In this document: positions 10,113-18,920 of the stretch, piece after piece
Numbering within the stretch: the stretch's first letter is position 1
Layout of the letters: the number at the start of each line of letters is the position of its first letter
Assembly: GCA_963814995.1 (NCBI GenBank)
Contig: CAWFFF010000012.1
Span: forward strand, 140 to 64,139
From: an uncultured Actinomycetes bacterium
Lineage (GTDB): Bacteria > Actinomycetota > Acidimicrobiia > IMCC26256 > PALSA-610
DNA length: 64,000 nt
Reading direction: 5' to 3'
The notes under the pieces: model-generated
What the model was told of the DNA's origin: nothing
Databases searched by the model: none
The model's input: the letters and a program-made list of their open reading frames with translations, nothing else
Position numbers and translations under genes: made by a program

Positions 10113-11141
10113 TCACTCGGAGAGGAGTGGTATGAGTCGTCGCGCGGGAGCGGTCGACGTACTTCCCAGCTGATGTCCGAACGCGTCCGCCATGAACCGG
10201 ACCACCGACGTTTCGTTCGTGATCGATTCCAAGAGTTCGTCGTGGTTCTCTCCGTCGGCATCGGCGTTGAGGGCCTCGGTGAGCCGGTTGATCGGATCGA
10301 GGTTGCACGTGCGGCACACCGGCTCACGAGACGAGAGGTGCGCAAGCTTGGGTCCGACGACATCCTCGAAGCTTCGGTCGAACACGCTCCCGAGCGCGGT
10401 CTGTTTCTCCCAGTCGGAACAACACAGGTAGTACTGCCCGTCGTAGCCGACGAACAGGTAGAGGAACGGTGCCGCGCACATACCCCCGCCGAGCTCACGG
10501 TCGAGCATGGCGCGAGCCGTGGCCAACTCGGGGAGAGCCTCGTACTGCATGTGGTCTACGAACAGCGAGCCGCCGCGATTCATTACCTGATAGCTGATAA
10601 TCCGATCGATCCCACGCTCACGCCAGAACGAGCGCATGTGATCGACGTGTACAGCGTCGTCGCGGTGATCGACGACGACCATCATGACCTCGCAACGTCC
10701 TTTCGCCATCTCGTTGAATCGCACGACATTGTCGAGGGTTCGTTCGAACGGGAGCTTGTATATCTCTTCGTAGTCTTCGCCCTCTTCGCCGACATTGATA
10801 CAGATCTGCTGCAAACCGGCGTCGAGGAGCTCAGTCGCTCGACGCTCGTCTAACAACGATCCGTTGCTCGATGTCGTCACCTTGAATCCCTCGGCACGAC
10901 ACATGCGCACATAGTCGGCGAGTCGGCGGTTCAGCAGGGGCTCACCTAACCCGCAGAGGCTGATCGTGACGTCGGGATCAGGAAAATCTGCGACGCGTCG
11001 GCGGAACTCCACCGCGCGGCCCAAGGTTCGAGCGAAGATCTCCGCGGACATCAGGCCCTCGTGCGGCGTCCGGTCGCGCGGGCAGAAGTGACACTTGGCG
11101 TTGCATCGGTTCGTGGCCTCGATGTCGACGACGGTCGCCAT
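10113..11141 (-). CDS. Radical SAM / SPASM-like enzyme, paralogue B (intact, 342 aa)
   Basis: NRCNAKCHFCPRD is the CxxxCxxC motif. The Cys-rich C-terminal region is CAAPFLYLFVGYDGQYYLCCSDW...EPVCRTCNLDP. GGAGGGGG SD upstream of the ATG. Confidence 0.8.
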   Translation of the reverse strand: MATVVDIEATNRCNAKCHFCPRDRTPHEGLMSAEIFARTLGRAVEFRRRVADFPDPDVTISLCGLGEPLLNRRLADYVRMCRAEGFKVTTSSNGSLLDERRATELLDAGLQQICINVGEEGEDYEEIYKLPFERTLDNVVRFNEMAKGRCEVMMVVVDHRDDAVHVDHMRSFWRERGIDRIISYQVMNRGGSLFVDHMQYEALPELATARAMLDRELGGGMCAAPFLYLFVGYDGQYYLCCSDWEKQTALGSVFDRSFEDVVGPKLAHLSSREPVCRTCNLDPINRLTEALNADADGENHDELLESITNETSVVRFMADAFGHQLGSTSTAPARRLIPLLSE

Positions 11142-11379
11142 GCGCCTCGTTCCCCCTCCACGCGAGTCTCGTCGCGAGTCTCGTCCTTACAACCCGTCGC
11201 CCACAGCCTACCTACCGCGCCGGTGTCTTGAAACAGCCGAGCCGTGGTTCAGCGTCGTACGCACCGCACACATCGGGCGGTTTGCGACCAAATTCGATGC
11301 AGCTTCGGTCAGGCTCAGGTCGTCGCCAAACGCACGGCTCTCGGGGTCCGTCCGCCCCGGTTGCACCCGAAGCCGATCG

Positions 11380-13602
11380 TCACTCGGATTCAGCAGCACG
11401 ACGGTTGATCCACGGAAACGACTCCGCCGGTTCGGCGACACCGAGCAAGCGGCAGATCGGTCCCCAGCCAGGCGATTCGTTGAGATCGATTTCGAGGAAG
11501 TTGTCGCGCCCGGCGAAGTGCTCGCGCACCCGGCGAACATGTTGATTCCACTCATCGCGCCAGGCTGCTTCGTCGACGCTCACAAAATCGCCGTGGTACT
11601 CGCCTGCTGCTCTGAGCCGGATGTTCGATTCCACGTGGCGACGGCGACTCTCGATCCAGTCGTCGACGGGACGCACCGTGAGCACGAACCGGCTCCCCGG
11701 GTACTGCTCGTCGAGGAGATCGAAGTTGAGCGAGAGCGCACGGATGTCGGAGAAGGCATCGATGTTCGGGTCGAGGCGGGAAAGCAGCGGATCGCCTGTC
11801 GCGATGCTGGCCTCGACGAGACGGCGCACCGCGGGTCCTCCCCAGTGCAGGCTCTCGCGACCGAGGATCGACAACGCCGCGTGCAGTGAGGTCGTGCCGG
11901 TCTTGTTGAGGCCGATGCCGAACACACGCGGTCGATCCGGCCGAGGATCACGTTTCGGGTTCGGCGCCCGGAAGGAACCGACGAAGTCCGTGAACTCACG
12001 GGCGTAGTACGGCGGCGCTCGATGCGGGTCGACACCATGCTTCCAGCCGTACTTGTAACGATGACCCTGCAAGAGCATGTCGACGCGAGAGTCAGTGCTT
12101 GCCGTGGTGCGGCGCGCGTGCACGACGCGAGCAGCGGGTACCGGCACGAGCTCGATGCCCATCTGCCAGGCGCGGTGCCAGTAGTCGGTGTCCTCGCAGA
12201 AGGCCGGGTTGAACCATTCGTCGAAGACCCCGACTTCGTCGTACAGAGCGCGCGAGAGCATGAAGCACCAGCCCGCCGTGCCGCCCTGATCGGGACTCGA
12301 GAACCCGAGGCCGTCGCAGTGGTCGGTATAGGGGAATGCCACTCGGCGGCCGTTCACCGCGGCTTCGTAGAGCGCGACGTCCCAACCGGGCTGGACCATG
12401 CAGTCACTGTTCAGCACTACGACGACGGGTGCGGTCGACAGACGGATGCCCGTGTTCCATCCCGTGGCGACTCCCTTGTTCTCCGGGTAGCGGTACACCT
12501 TGGCCGGGAGCAACGGGGTCGTGTGCGGCGACCCGTTGTCGACGACGACAACCTCCGTGGGAATGCGCGCGACCTCCCAGATCCGTTCGATCGTTCGGCG
12601 GGCCATGTCGGCGAGGTCGGGCGTACGACTCCACACCGGAATGGCGATGCTGAGGAGCGGTTCGATGTCCGGTCCCGTGGGCGTGTGGTCGTACGCGAGG
12701 TCGGGATCCGTGTTCTCGAACGGCTGCACGGTGGCCGGCAGGTCGGACGAGATGGCGGTTCCCCCTTCGGTTGCCCCCACCGCGCCTTTGGCGTGAAGCA
12801 GCCGGAATGTCTCGCGGTAGGCCGAATGCAGATCTTCGAGCGCGCCGGCGTCGGTGCGGCTCTTGACTTCGAGCGCGGCAACCTTGCGGCGCAGTGCGGG
12901 CTCGGTGAGGCGTTTGTCGTCCCAGAGCTTGGCGGCGTCGTCGAGCTGAAGCCGGGTCGCCATGTCGGTACCTGGATGCAGCGCGGCGATGATCGCGTGG
13001 GCCCGGCCCTTCGCCTCGGTGCGGTCGCAGAACGCGTCGAAATCGATCGAGCGCGCCATGAGACTGCGCGCCGACGCATCGTAGATGACGCGTAGCCCGC
13101 GCGGACCGAGTCTCCAGCCCATCTCGACGTCGATCGAGTAGCCGAGCCGCTGATCGTGCAGGCCGTGCCGTACCAGCAGCGAGCGCTTGCAGGAGATGCG
13201 ACCTTCCCAAAAGCCTCGCCAGTCGAGCTGTTGGCCATCGCCGAGACGCTCGTAGGCGAACATCAACCGATCGACGTCGGTGATGTAGTGCATCAACGGC
13301 GTGAGCTCGAGCTCAGGCGCCCAATCGGTGTGTCCCAGGATGGCAACGGCTTCACCCGGCTTGGCCGCGTGGGCAGCCAGGTGACGTTCGAGGTAGTCAG
13401 GCGCGGCACGATCGTCGTCGTCGAAGAACAATACGAGTGGAGCGCGCGCAAGGAACACGGCGTGGTTCTTCGCAGCACTGCGGCCGCCGTGATCAATCCG
13501 CACGCCGACAACCTGCAGACCGGAAGGCGCGGCGGCGAGAATCGCTTCGAGGTCGTCTTCCCCGGAGGCGGACGGCTTCGAGCCGTCGTCGACCACCACC
13601 AC
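11380..13602 (-). CDS. Tri-domain enzyme: GT2 + GT2 glycosyltransferase modules + C-terminal sulfotransferase-like module
   Basis: VVVVDDGS...FFDDDD and LSIAIPVWSRT...VVVVDNGS...VLNSDC are two GT-A modules. The C-terminal VFGIGLNKTGTTSLHAAL is a P-loop sulfotransferase-like module. GT2 homology (ISVLIATYERPALLRACLASF) continues upstream of the GTG at 13602 to ~13700 with no in-frame start codon, so the true 5' end is unresolved. Confidence 0.7.
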   Translation of the reverse strand: MVVVDDGSKPSASGEDDLEAILAAAPSGLQVVGVRIDHGGRSAAKNHAVFLARAPLVLFFDDDDRAAPDYLERHLAAHAAKPGEAVAILGHTDWAPELELTPLMHYITDVDRLMFAYERLGDGQQLDWRGFWEGRISCKRSLLVRHGLHDQRLGYSIDVEMGWRLGPRGLRVIYDASARSLMARSIDFDAFCDRTEAKGRAHAIIAALHPGTDMATRLQLDDAAKLWDDKRLTEPALRRKVAALEVKSRTDAGALEDLHSAYRETFRLLHAKGAVGATEGGTAISSDLPATVQPFENTDPDLAYDHTPTGPDIEPLLSIAIPVWSRTPDLADMARRTIERIWEVARIPTEVVVVDNGSPHTTPLLPAKVYRYPENKGVATGWNTGIRLSTAPVVVVLNSDCMVQPGWDVALYEAAVNGRRVAFPYTDHCDGLGFSSPDQGGTAGWCFMLSRALYDEVGVFDEWFNPAFCEDTDYWHRAWQMGIELVPVPAARVVHARRTTASTDSRVDMLLQGHRYKYGWKHGVDPHRAPPYYAREFTDFVGSFRAPNPKRDPRPDRPRVFGIGLNKTGTTSLHAALSILGRESLHWGGPAVRRLVEASIATGDPLLSRLDPNIDAFSDIRALSLNFDLLDEQYPGSRFVLTVRPVDDWIESRRRHVESNIRLRAAGEYHGDFVSVDEAAWRDEWNQHVRRVREHFAGRDNFLEIDLNESPGWGPICRLLGVAEPAESFPWINRRAAESE

Positions 13603-13685
13603 CTCGAACTCGGAACGGTCGAGGGTCTGAGCCGCGAACGATGCCAGGCAGGCGCGCAGGAGCGCCGGGCGCTCGTAGGTCGCGA

Positions 13686-15778
13686 TCAGGACGCTGATCC
13701 GGGCGCGGTCGCGGGCTCGGGCCGTACATACGCGACGGGCCGGCGGTCGGGGTCGAGGATCCAGATCCGTCGTACGAACGCATCACCGGGGGCCCTCATC
13801 GGCAACGGCTCGCGCAGACCGACACTGAGGCTGTCGGTCAGCGTCACGGAACCGGTGCGCGTCGCACCGGCGCGTACCGACAACACCGGGACCGAAGTGA
13901 CTTCATCGATCTCGCGACCGACCGAGCCCATATGCCGCTCGGCCACGGGAGGGCCGCCCTCAGGGCCTCCGATATGGGTCGGCTGGAGTCGGTCGACGTC
14001 GAGCGCGATCTGGGTTGACACGAGCGTGTCGAGGAACCGGCTCGGCAGGATCACGTCATCGCGCACATAGACGATGAAGTCGGCGTCCTCGTCGACCGAC
14101 TCCTCGGGTGCGGAGTCCGGCCGCCAGCGCTGTTCGACGATGAGGCTCGAGCTCGAGCCCAACTCGCTCAGTAGGCCCGGTGGCGGACCCGTACGGTGTG
14201 CGACGTAGGTCCCGATCACACGTACACGGGCCGTGGGAACGGGAGCCAGCACCGGCAGCGGTGTACCGCTGCCGCCAAGGTCGTATATGACGAGATGTTC
14301 GTCGAGGTGCACGCGCCGATACTCGGTCTCCAGCCGCTCGAAGAGCTCGGGATATCGGTACCGCCAACTGAAGGCCGATTTCGGCAGGACGAAATAGCGC
14401 GCCCCCGCGCACGCTGCGCTTCGAGGTGGTTCACCGCGGCGTCTCCGTCGACGGGGTCGTACCCCGCCCATCCGCCTTCCCGTGCCTGCGGAAACGGCCA
14501 ACCCGGGTGCGACGCGAGGTCAACGAGGTCGTCGTCGCCTCCGGAGGCGACGAGCACGATCTCGCCCGGTCGTCCGATCATCTGGATCCGGCGGCGGATC
14601 ACCTGCCCCATGTCTTCGCCGTCGACACCCGTGAACCGGGTCGACTTTTCGGATCCGTCGACGATCGTCCGACCTCGTTGCGACATCACCTGATCGAGAA
14701 TGCGCCCGAATATGCCTTCCACGACCTCGACGTCGTGTCGCAGCTCGACGTGTTGCGCTCCTTCGTCGGCAAGGCGGTGCCAGAGATCGTCGTCGGTGAG
14801 CACCCGCGTCACGCCCGACGCGAAGTCGGCGGCGTCGGCACCGATGAGTGCGTGCACACCCTGGACCAAGTCGAGTCCCTCGGCCCCCACCGGCGTCGTG
14901 ACGACGGGCGTGCCGGCCATCATCGACTGGAGCACTTTGCGCTTTACTCCCGCACCGTGCAGGAGGGGAACCACGGCCAGGCGCGACTGCTCGAGGTACG
15001 GCTGAACCGAGGGAACCCAACCGATGAGGCGCACTCCTGGGGTCGCGGGGTCGATGTCCAATGTCACCTGATCGAGCCAGTTCCCCAGCACCGTCAGCGG
15101 GTGGCGCCGCAGCAACTCCGGATCAAGCAACGGCAACACCTCGGCACAGAGATACTCGACCGCCTCCCGGTTCGGGACGTGGCGGAAGTTGCCGACGAAG
15201 TACATGCCGCGGCGCTGTTCGAGGGGGTACCGGGACCGCTGAATGTCCTCGGCGAGCGGGAGCGTGAAGACCCGACCTTCGCCAAGGAAGTCGGCGAGCA
15301 GATCGCGCTCCTTGTCGGATACCGCGATTACTGCATCGGCGCCATTGTATGTGTTCAATTCGCGCGTCGCTTCGGTGCCGAAGGCGGCACCGAGCGTTGA
15401 GCGTTGCCCGAACACCCCGCGCGCGTTGCGCAGGAAGTGGATGTCCATCGAGTTGACGATGACCCGCGTGTCGGGGGAGACCTTGTGCACGAGCGGAAGC
15501 AACTCTGCTGCGGGTTCCCAGAACGCGATCAGCGCAAGATCGAAGCCTCCGGAGCGGAGGATTCGCTCAGCGGCACCGAACCCGCTGTGCGTGGCCACAC
15601 CCATTTGCCGCAGCCGGCGTGCGTGACGTTCCTCGGCCTCCTCCTCTCGGGCCAGGAACGTGACCTGCCAGCCGGCACGCAGTAGGAACTGCACGGTGTT
15701 GTCGATGTCCTGCGAGCCGCTGTCGCGGTCGAAGGCGGGCATCCGCGTATGCACGACGAGCACACGGGGCTTGCTCAT
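13686..15778 (-). CDS. GT4-family (GT-B) glycosyltransferase with C-terminal accessory domains (one frame change as assembled)
   Basis: MSKPRVLVVHT... and the GT-B C-terminal half VVPLLHGAGVKRKVLQSMMAGTPVVTT. The ATG overlaps the upstream stop (ATGA). The frame switches at a GGGGG run near ~14405 (..LEAQRARG | ARYFVLPKSAFSW..) and the ORF continues to 13686. Confidence 0.7.
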
Positions 15779-18700
15779 CCCCGGCACACTTCGACGTCGT
15801 CGCGGGCGATCAGGTAACGCCATACACCATCGCTGAGCTCGCTCGGCCGGGCCGGGCGGAGATCGAGTACGCGTTGCCACGCCGACTCGGCGAGGGGGAC
15901 CGATGCCTCGCCGCCCTCGCCCGCGACTCGGACAGCGACGATCGTGGGCTGATACATCACGGATGCGCCGCGAGCCCACACACCCGCGCACCATTCCCGC
16001 ACGAACGGGCGTCCGCTGAGCATGGGCGAACCCGCGACATCGGTCCACAAGGAACTGGCCGCCGCGACCAGACCGGGGGCCCAGCACACGGGCCGTACGA
16101 AATCGTGCCACGGCGCGCGCACGTCGGCGGACGACTCCGCGATCAATCCGAGTGAGCGGTCGGCGAAGACCGTCCCGCCCGCACCTTCGAGACGTCCGTC
16201 GGCCCGCATGATCTTGCCGGCGATTGCCGTCGTCGGATCGGCCGCGGCGAGGCCGGCCGCGGCCTCGATCACTCCCGGCAGGGGGAGCACATTGGGTTCC
16301 ACCACGACGACGACGTCGTGGTCGCCGAATGCAGACGGCATGTCGGCATCGATGTCTCCGACGTGGAGATCGGCTCCGGATGCGGCGGCACGCGCCGCGA
16401 GCTGCGTCCGCCAATTCTCGTCGCTCCCGGTCCCCGCCCACACGAGCACTCGCGCCGGCGCGGGCGATGTTCCGCCTGTTCTCTCGACGCCAGTCTGGAG
16501 ACCCTTCTCGACGCGGCGAACCTCGACGCCGGAGCTGCCCGCGGCGACCACGATCACACCGAGTGCTGCGACCCGCGAGGCTTCGGCGAGATCGTGACCC
16601 TCGTCGACAACGACGACGTCGACACTGTGGTCGAGGTACGGAAGCCGGAGGTCGTCGGGAGAGCGGAACGTGGCGAAACCGACGAGCTCGCCCGCGACGT
16701 CGAGGCTCGTCCAGTCGAGTACCGCCGGAATGTGCACCGCGCCCGCTGCGAGCCCGTTGACCTCGCCCCGCAGCGACCGCGATCCTTCGCCCGCCGCCTG
16801 CGCCATATCGAAGACCGCGCCGGCGCCCTCCTCGTCGACAACCGTGCGATACGTCCGGGCCACATGATCGCGAAGCTCGGCCTGCTGGCGGAACCAGGGC
16901 CGCGATCCCTCGGGAAGAACGAGGTAGCGATGACCGGCGAATCGGAGCGCCTCGAGGTGGGCGATGTGCGCCAGGTCGTCGGCGAACGGCCGGCCCTGCC
17001 GTGTGTGCGGGAACGTGGTCGAGCGGGGTGCGACCTGGCCGACCTCCGACGGACTCCCGGGCATCACGACGAGCCAGGAGGCTCCCGCGGGGAGCGCCGC
17101 CGCGACCATCCGGGCGTATGCATCCTTCCACTGGCGCGGGGCTGGACCCTTCGGCGTCGGTGCGGGTCTCGGCGCCGGCTCCGGCGCCGGCCGCGCAAGA
17201 GCCTGCTCCCCGCCACCGGTGGCACCACGACTCTGGAGGCGCTCGGTCGCGCGCCACGTCCGTCGAGCGAGTTGCCGGGCCGGCTTCGGGAGTCGGCGTG
17301 CGACACGCTTCGCGGCCGACTTGGGATCGGCGGCGGCGTGCCGCGCCCGAATCTGACTCTGTTGCAACGTCTTTTGTGCCGGCGGTGGCAGCCGGCCCGA
17401 CACGGACCGCGCCGCGGCGCGCGCCTTGGGAAGCGCTTTGCGTCCGACGGCCTTCACGGTCGGACCGGGTTCGGCCATCCCGCGCTGCAAGATGTTGCGG
17501 GCGCGGCGCAGCTGGAACTTTGCCGGTGCCGGGAGCTGGTCGGCGACTGCGGACGCGGCCGGCACCGCCGCCCGGCGGCCGCGGTCGACGACCTTCTTGC
17601 CCGGGCGGAGAACGAAACGACGCCCACCCCGCGCCGCCCGCCCACCCGATGCGCGTAGCCGCCTGCGGATCGGACCCGCCTCGGTCGCCCGTACCACGAC
17701 GTCGAGCCGCGATGCCGTGCTGCGGGTCCGAGCATCGATGTTCGCGACCGTGGCGCCGGTGCGATCCAGGGATTCGCTCAGGATCTGCATCGTCTTCATC
17801 GTCTCCGCCTGCAGAGACTCGACGCGCGCCGTGGCTGCCTCGCGGGTTCGCGCGACCAGGTCCTCGAGATCACGAATCTTTTGCCGGTGCTGGTTCTCGC
17901 TCGCGATTCGCTCTCGTTGGATCTGCTGCTCCAGCTCACGCACCCGCCGAACGAGCTCGGCCTCCCGGACGTTGCGCTCGGTCCGGACGTCTGCTTCCCG
18001 GGCCGCGACGTCGGCGCGCAGCTCTCGCTCGCGTTCCTGCAGCCTCTCAATCGCGTCCTGACGCTGCTCGGCGTGGCGTTCGGCCACCGCGCCGTCGAGA
18101 ATCAGCCGCCGGACCCGGCCTTCGTCGGCCGCCGGCTCCGGCGCCAAGGCCACACCGGCCTCACGGCAGAGCTCGGCATAGAGCGCGCGCAGGCTGGGGC
18201 TCGCGCCGGCGTCGACGAGCCCAACCTGGATCGTGTGGTGACGCAGGTCGGTACGCACCCGCGGTGCCGCCGCGGAAAGGCCCACGAACGCGCAGAGCCG
18301 CTCGAGCTCGATCTGCGGATCGATGAAGAAGGATTCGTAGTGCGTCACGATGCGGCGACCGGCCGGGATCAACTCCAGCGCGGTTGCGTAGTAGCGCTCC
18401 CAGAGGGTCAGACCAAGTGAATAGGAGTTCTGGTTCCTTCGCTTGAGCGAGAGCGCGACCTCGAGGGGATGGCGCACACAGATGACGAACCGGAGATCAG
18501 GCTGGAGGTCGAGCCAGTAGGCCGCAGTCAGGCAGGTACGCGGGTCCTTGAAGCCCCAGTGGTCGTGCTCGCCGAGTGTCATGAGCACGCTGCTCGCCGA
18601 GGCGGCAACATGGAGCACGCGGGGGTCGTCGACAGCCAGTGGCGGCAGGTCGGGTGGGTTGTCCCACGAGCCGCCCGTGGCTTCGAGGAGCTCGTCGTTG

Positions 18701-18843
18701 CACGCGACGATTGCCTTGTTCTCCCAGAAGCCCTCGGGGTTGTCCTCGGCCGCGTCGATCAGCTCCTCGGCACCGCTCCCGAACAGGTGCAGCCCGGAGT
18801 CGTGCAGCGCGCGCGTGATCATCGAGGTCCCTGATCTGTGCAT
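15775..18843 (-). CDS. 1022-aa fusion: sulfotransferase domain - coiled coil - basic repeats - shared domain - GT-A-like glycosyltransferase half
   Basis: (G)MHRSGTS P-loop at the N-terminus, then GFWENK, DPR and VRHPLEVALS (sulfotransferase-like). A long E/R/Q-rich heptad-like stretch follows, then RRLPKPA-type repeats. The C-terminal GKIMRADGRLEGAGG...YQPTIVAVRV is GT2-like. The start is uncertain: homology (EHGPIAITG) extends 9 codons above the ATG with no canonical start codon. Confidence 0.7.
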   Translation of the reverse strand: MHRSGTSMITRALHDSGLHLFGSGAEELIDAAEDNPEGFWENKAIVACNDELLEATGGSWDNPPDLPPLAVDDPRVLHVAASASSVLMTLGEHDHWGFKDPRTCLTAAYWLDLQPDLRFVICVRHPLEVALSLKRRNQNSYSLGLTLWERYYATALELIPAGRRIVTHYESFFIDPQIELERLCAFVGLSAAAPRVRTDLRHHTIQVGLVDAGASPSLRALYAELCREAGVALAPEPAADEGRVRRLILDGAVAERHAEQRQDAIERLQERERELRADVAAREADVRTERNVREAELVRRVRELEQQIQRERIASENQHRQKIRDLEDLVARTREAATARVESLQAETMKTMQILSESLDRTGATVANIDARTRSTASRLDVVVRATEAGPIRRRLRASGGRAARGGRRFVLRPGKKVVDRGRRAAVPAASAVADQLPAPAKFQLRRARNILQRGMAEPGPTVKAVGRKALPKARAAARSVSGRLPPPAQKTLQQSQIRARHAAADPKSAAKRVARRLPKPARQLARRTWRATERLQSRGATGGGEQALARPAPEPAPRPAPTPKGPAPRQWKDAYARMVAAALPAGASWLVVMPGSPSEVGQVAPRSTTFPHTRQGRPFADDLAHIAHLEALRFAGHRYLVLPEGSRPWFRQQAELRDHVARTYRTVVDEEGAGAVFDMAQAAGEGSRSLRGEVNGLAAGAVHIPAVLDWTSLDVAGELVGFATFRSPDDLRLPYLDHSVDVVVVDEGHDLAEASRVAALGVIVVAAGSSGVEVRRVEKGLQTGVERTGGTSPAPARVLVWAGTGSDENWRTQLAARAAASGADLHVGDIDADMPSAFGDHDVVVVVEPNVLPLPGVIEAAAGLAAADPTTAIAGKIMRADGRLEGAGGTVFADRSLGLIAESSADVRAPWHDFVRPVCWAPGLVAAASSLWTDVAGSPMLSGRPFVREWCAGVWARGASVMYQPTIVAVRVAGEGGEASVPLAESAWQRVLDLRPARPSELSDGVWRYLIARDDVEVCRG

Positions 18844-18920
18844 GCCCGTGATGGCGATGGGGCCGTGCTCGGTTTCGCAGCGTCACTCCTGATCCCACTT
18901 TCAGGAACCTCGCGAAACCA

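Noticed and set aside
15779-17257. N-terminal ~490 codons of the 1013-aa track ORF 14216..17257 (minus strand)
   Set aside because: The stretch is extremely Arg/Gly/Pro-rich and low-complexity, and it is out of frame inside the well-supported 15775..18843 gene. Recognisable GT4 homology begins only at MSKPRVLVVHT (ATG 15778, ATGA-coupled to the upstream stop). This is a typical GC-rich shadow ORF.
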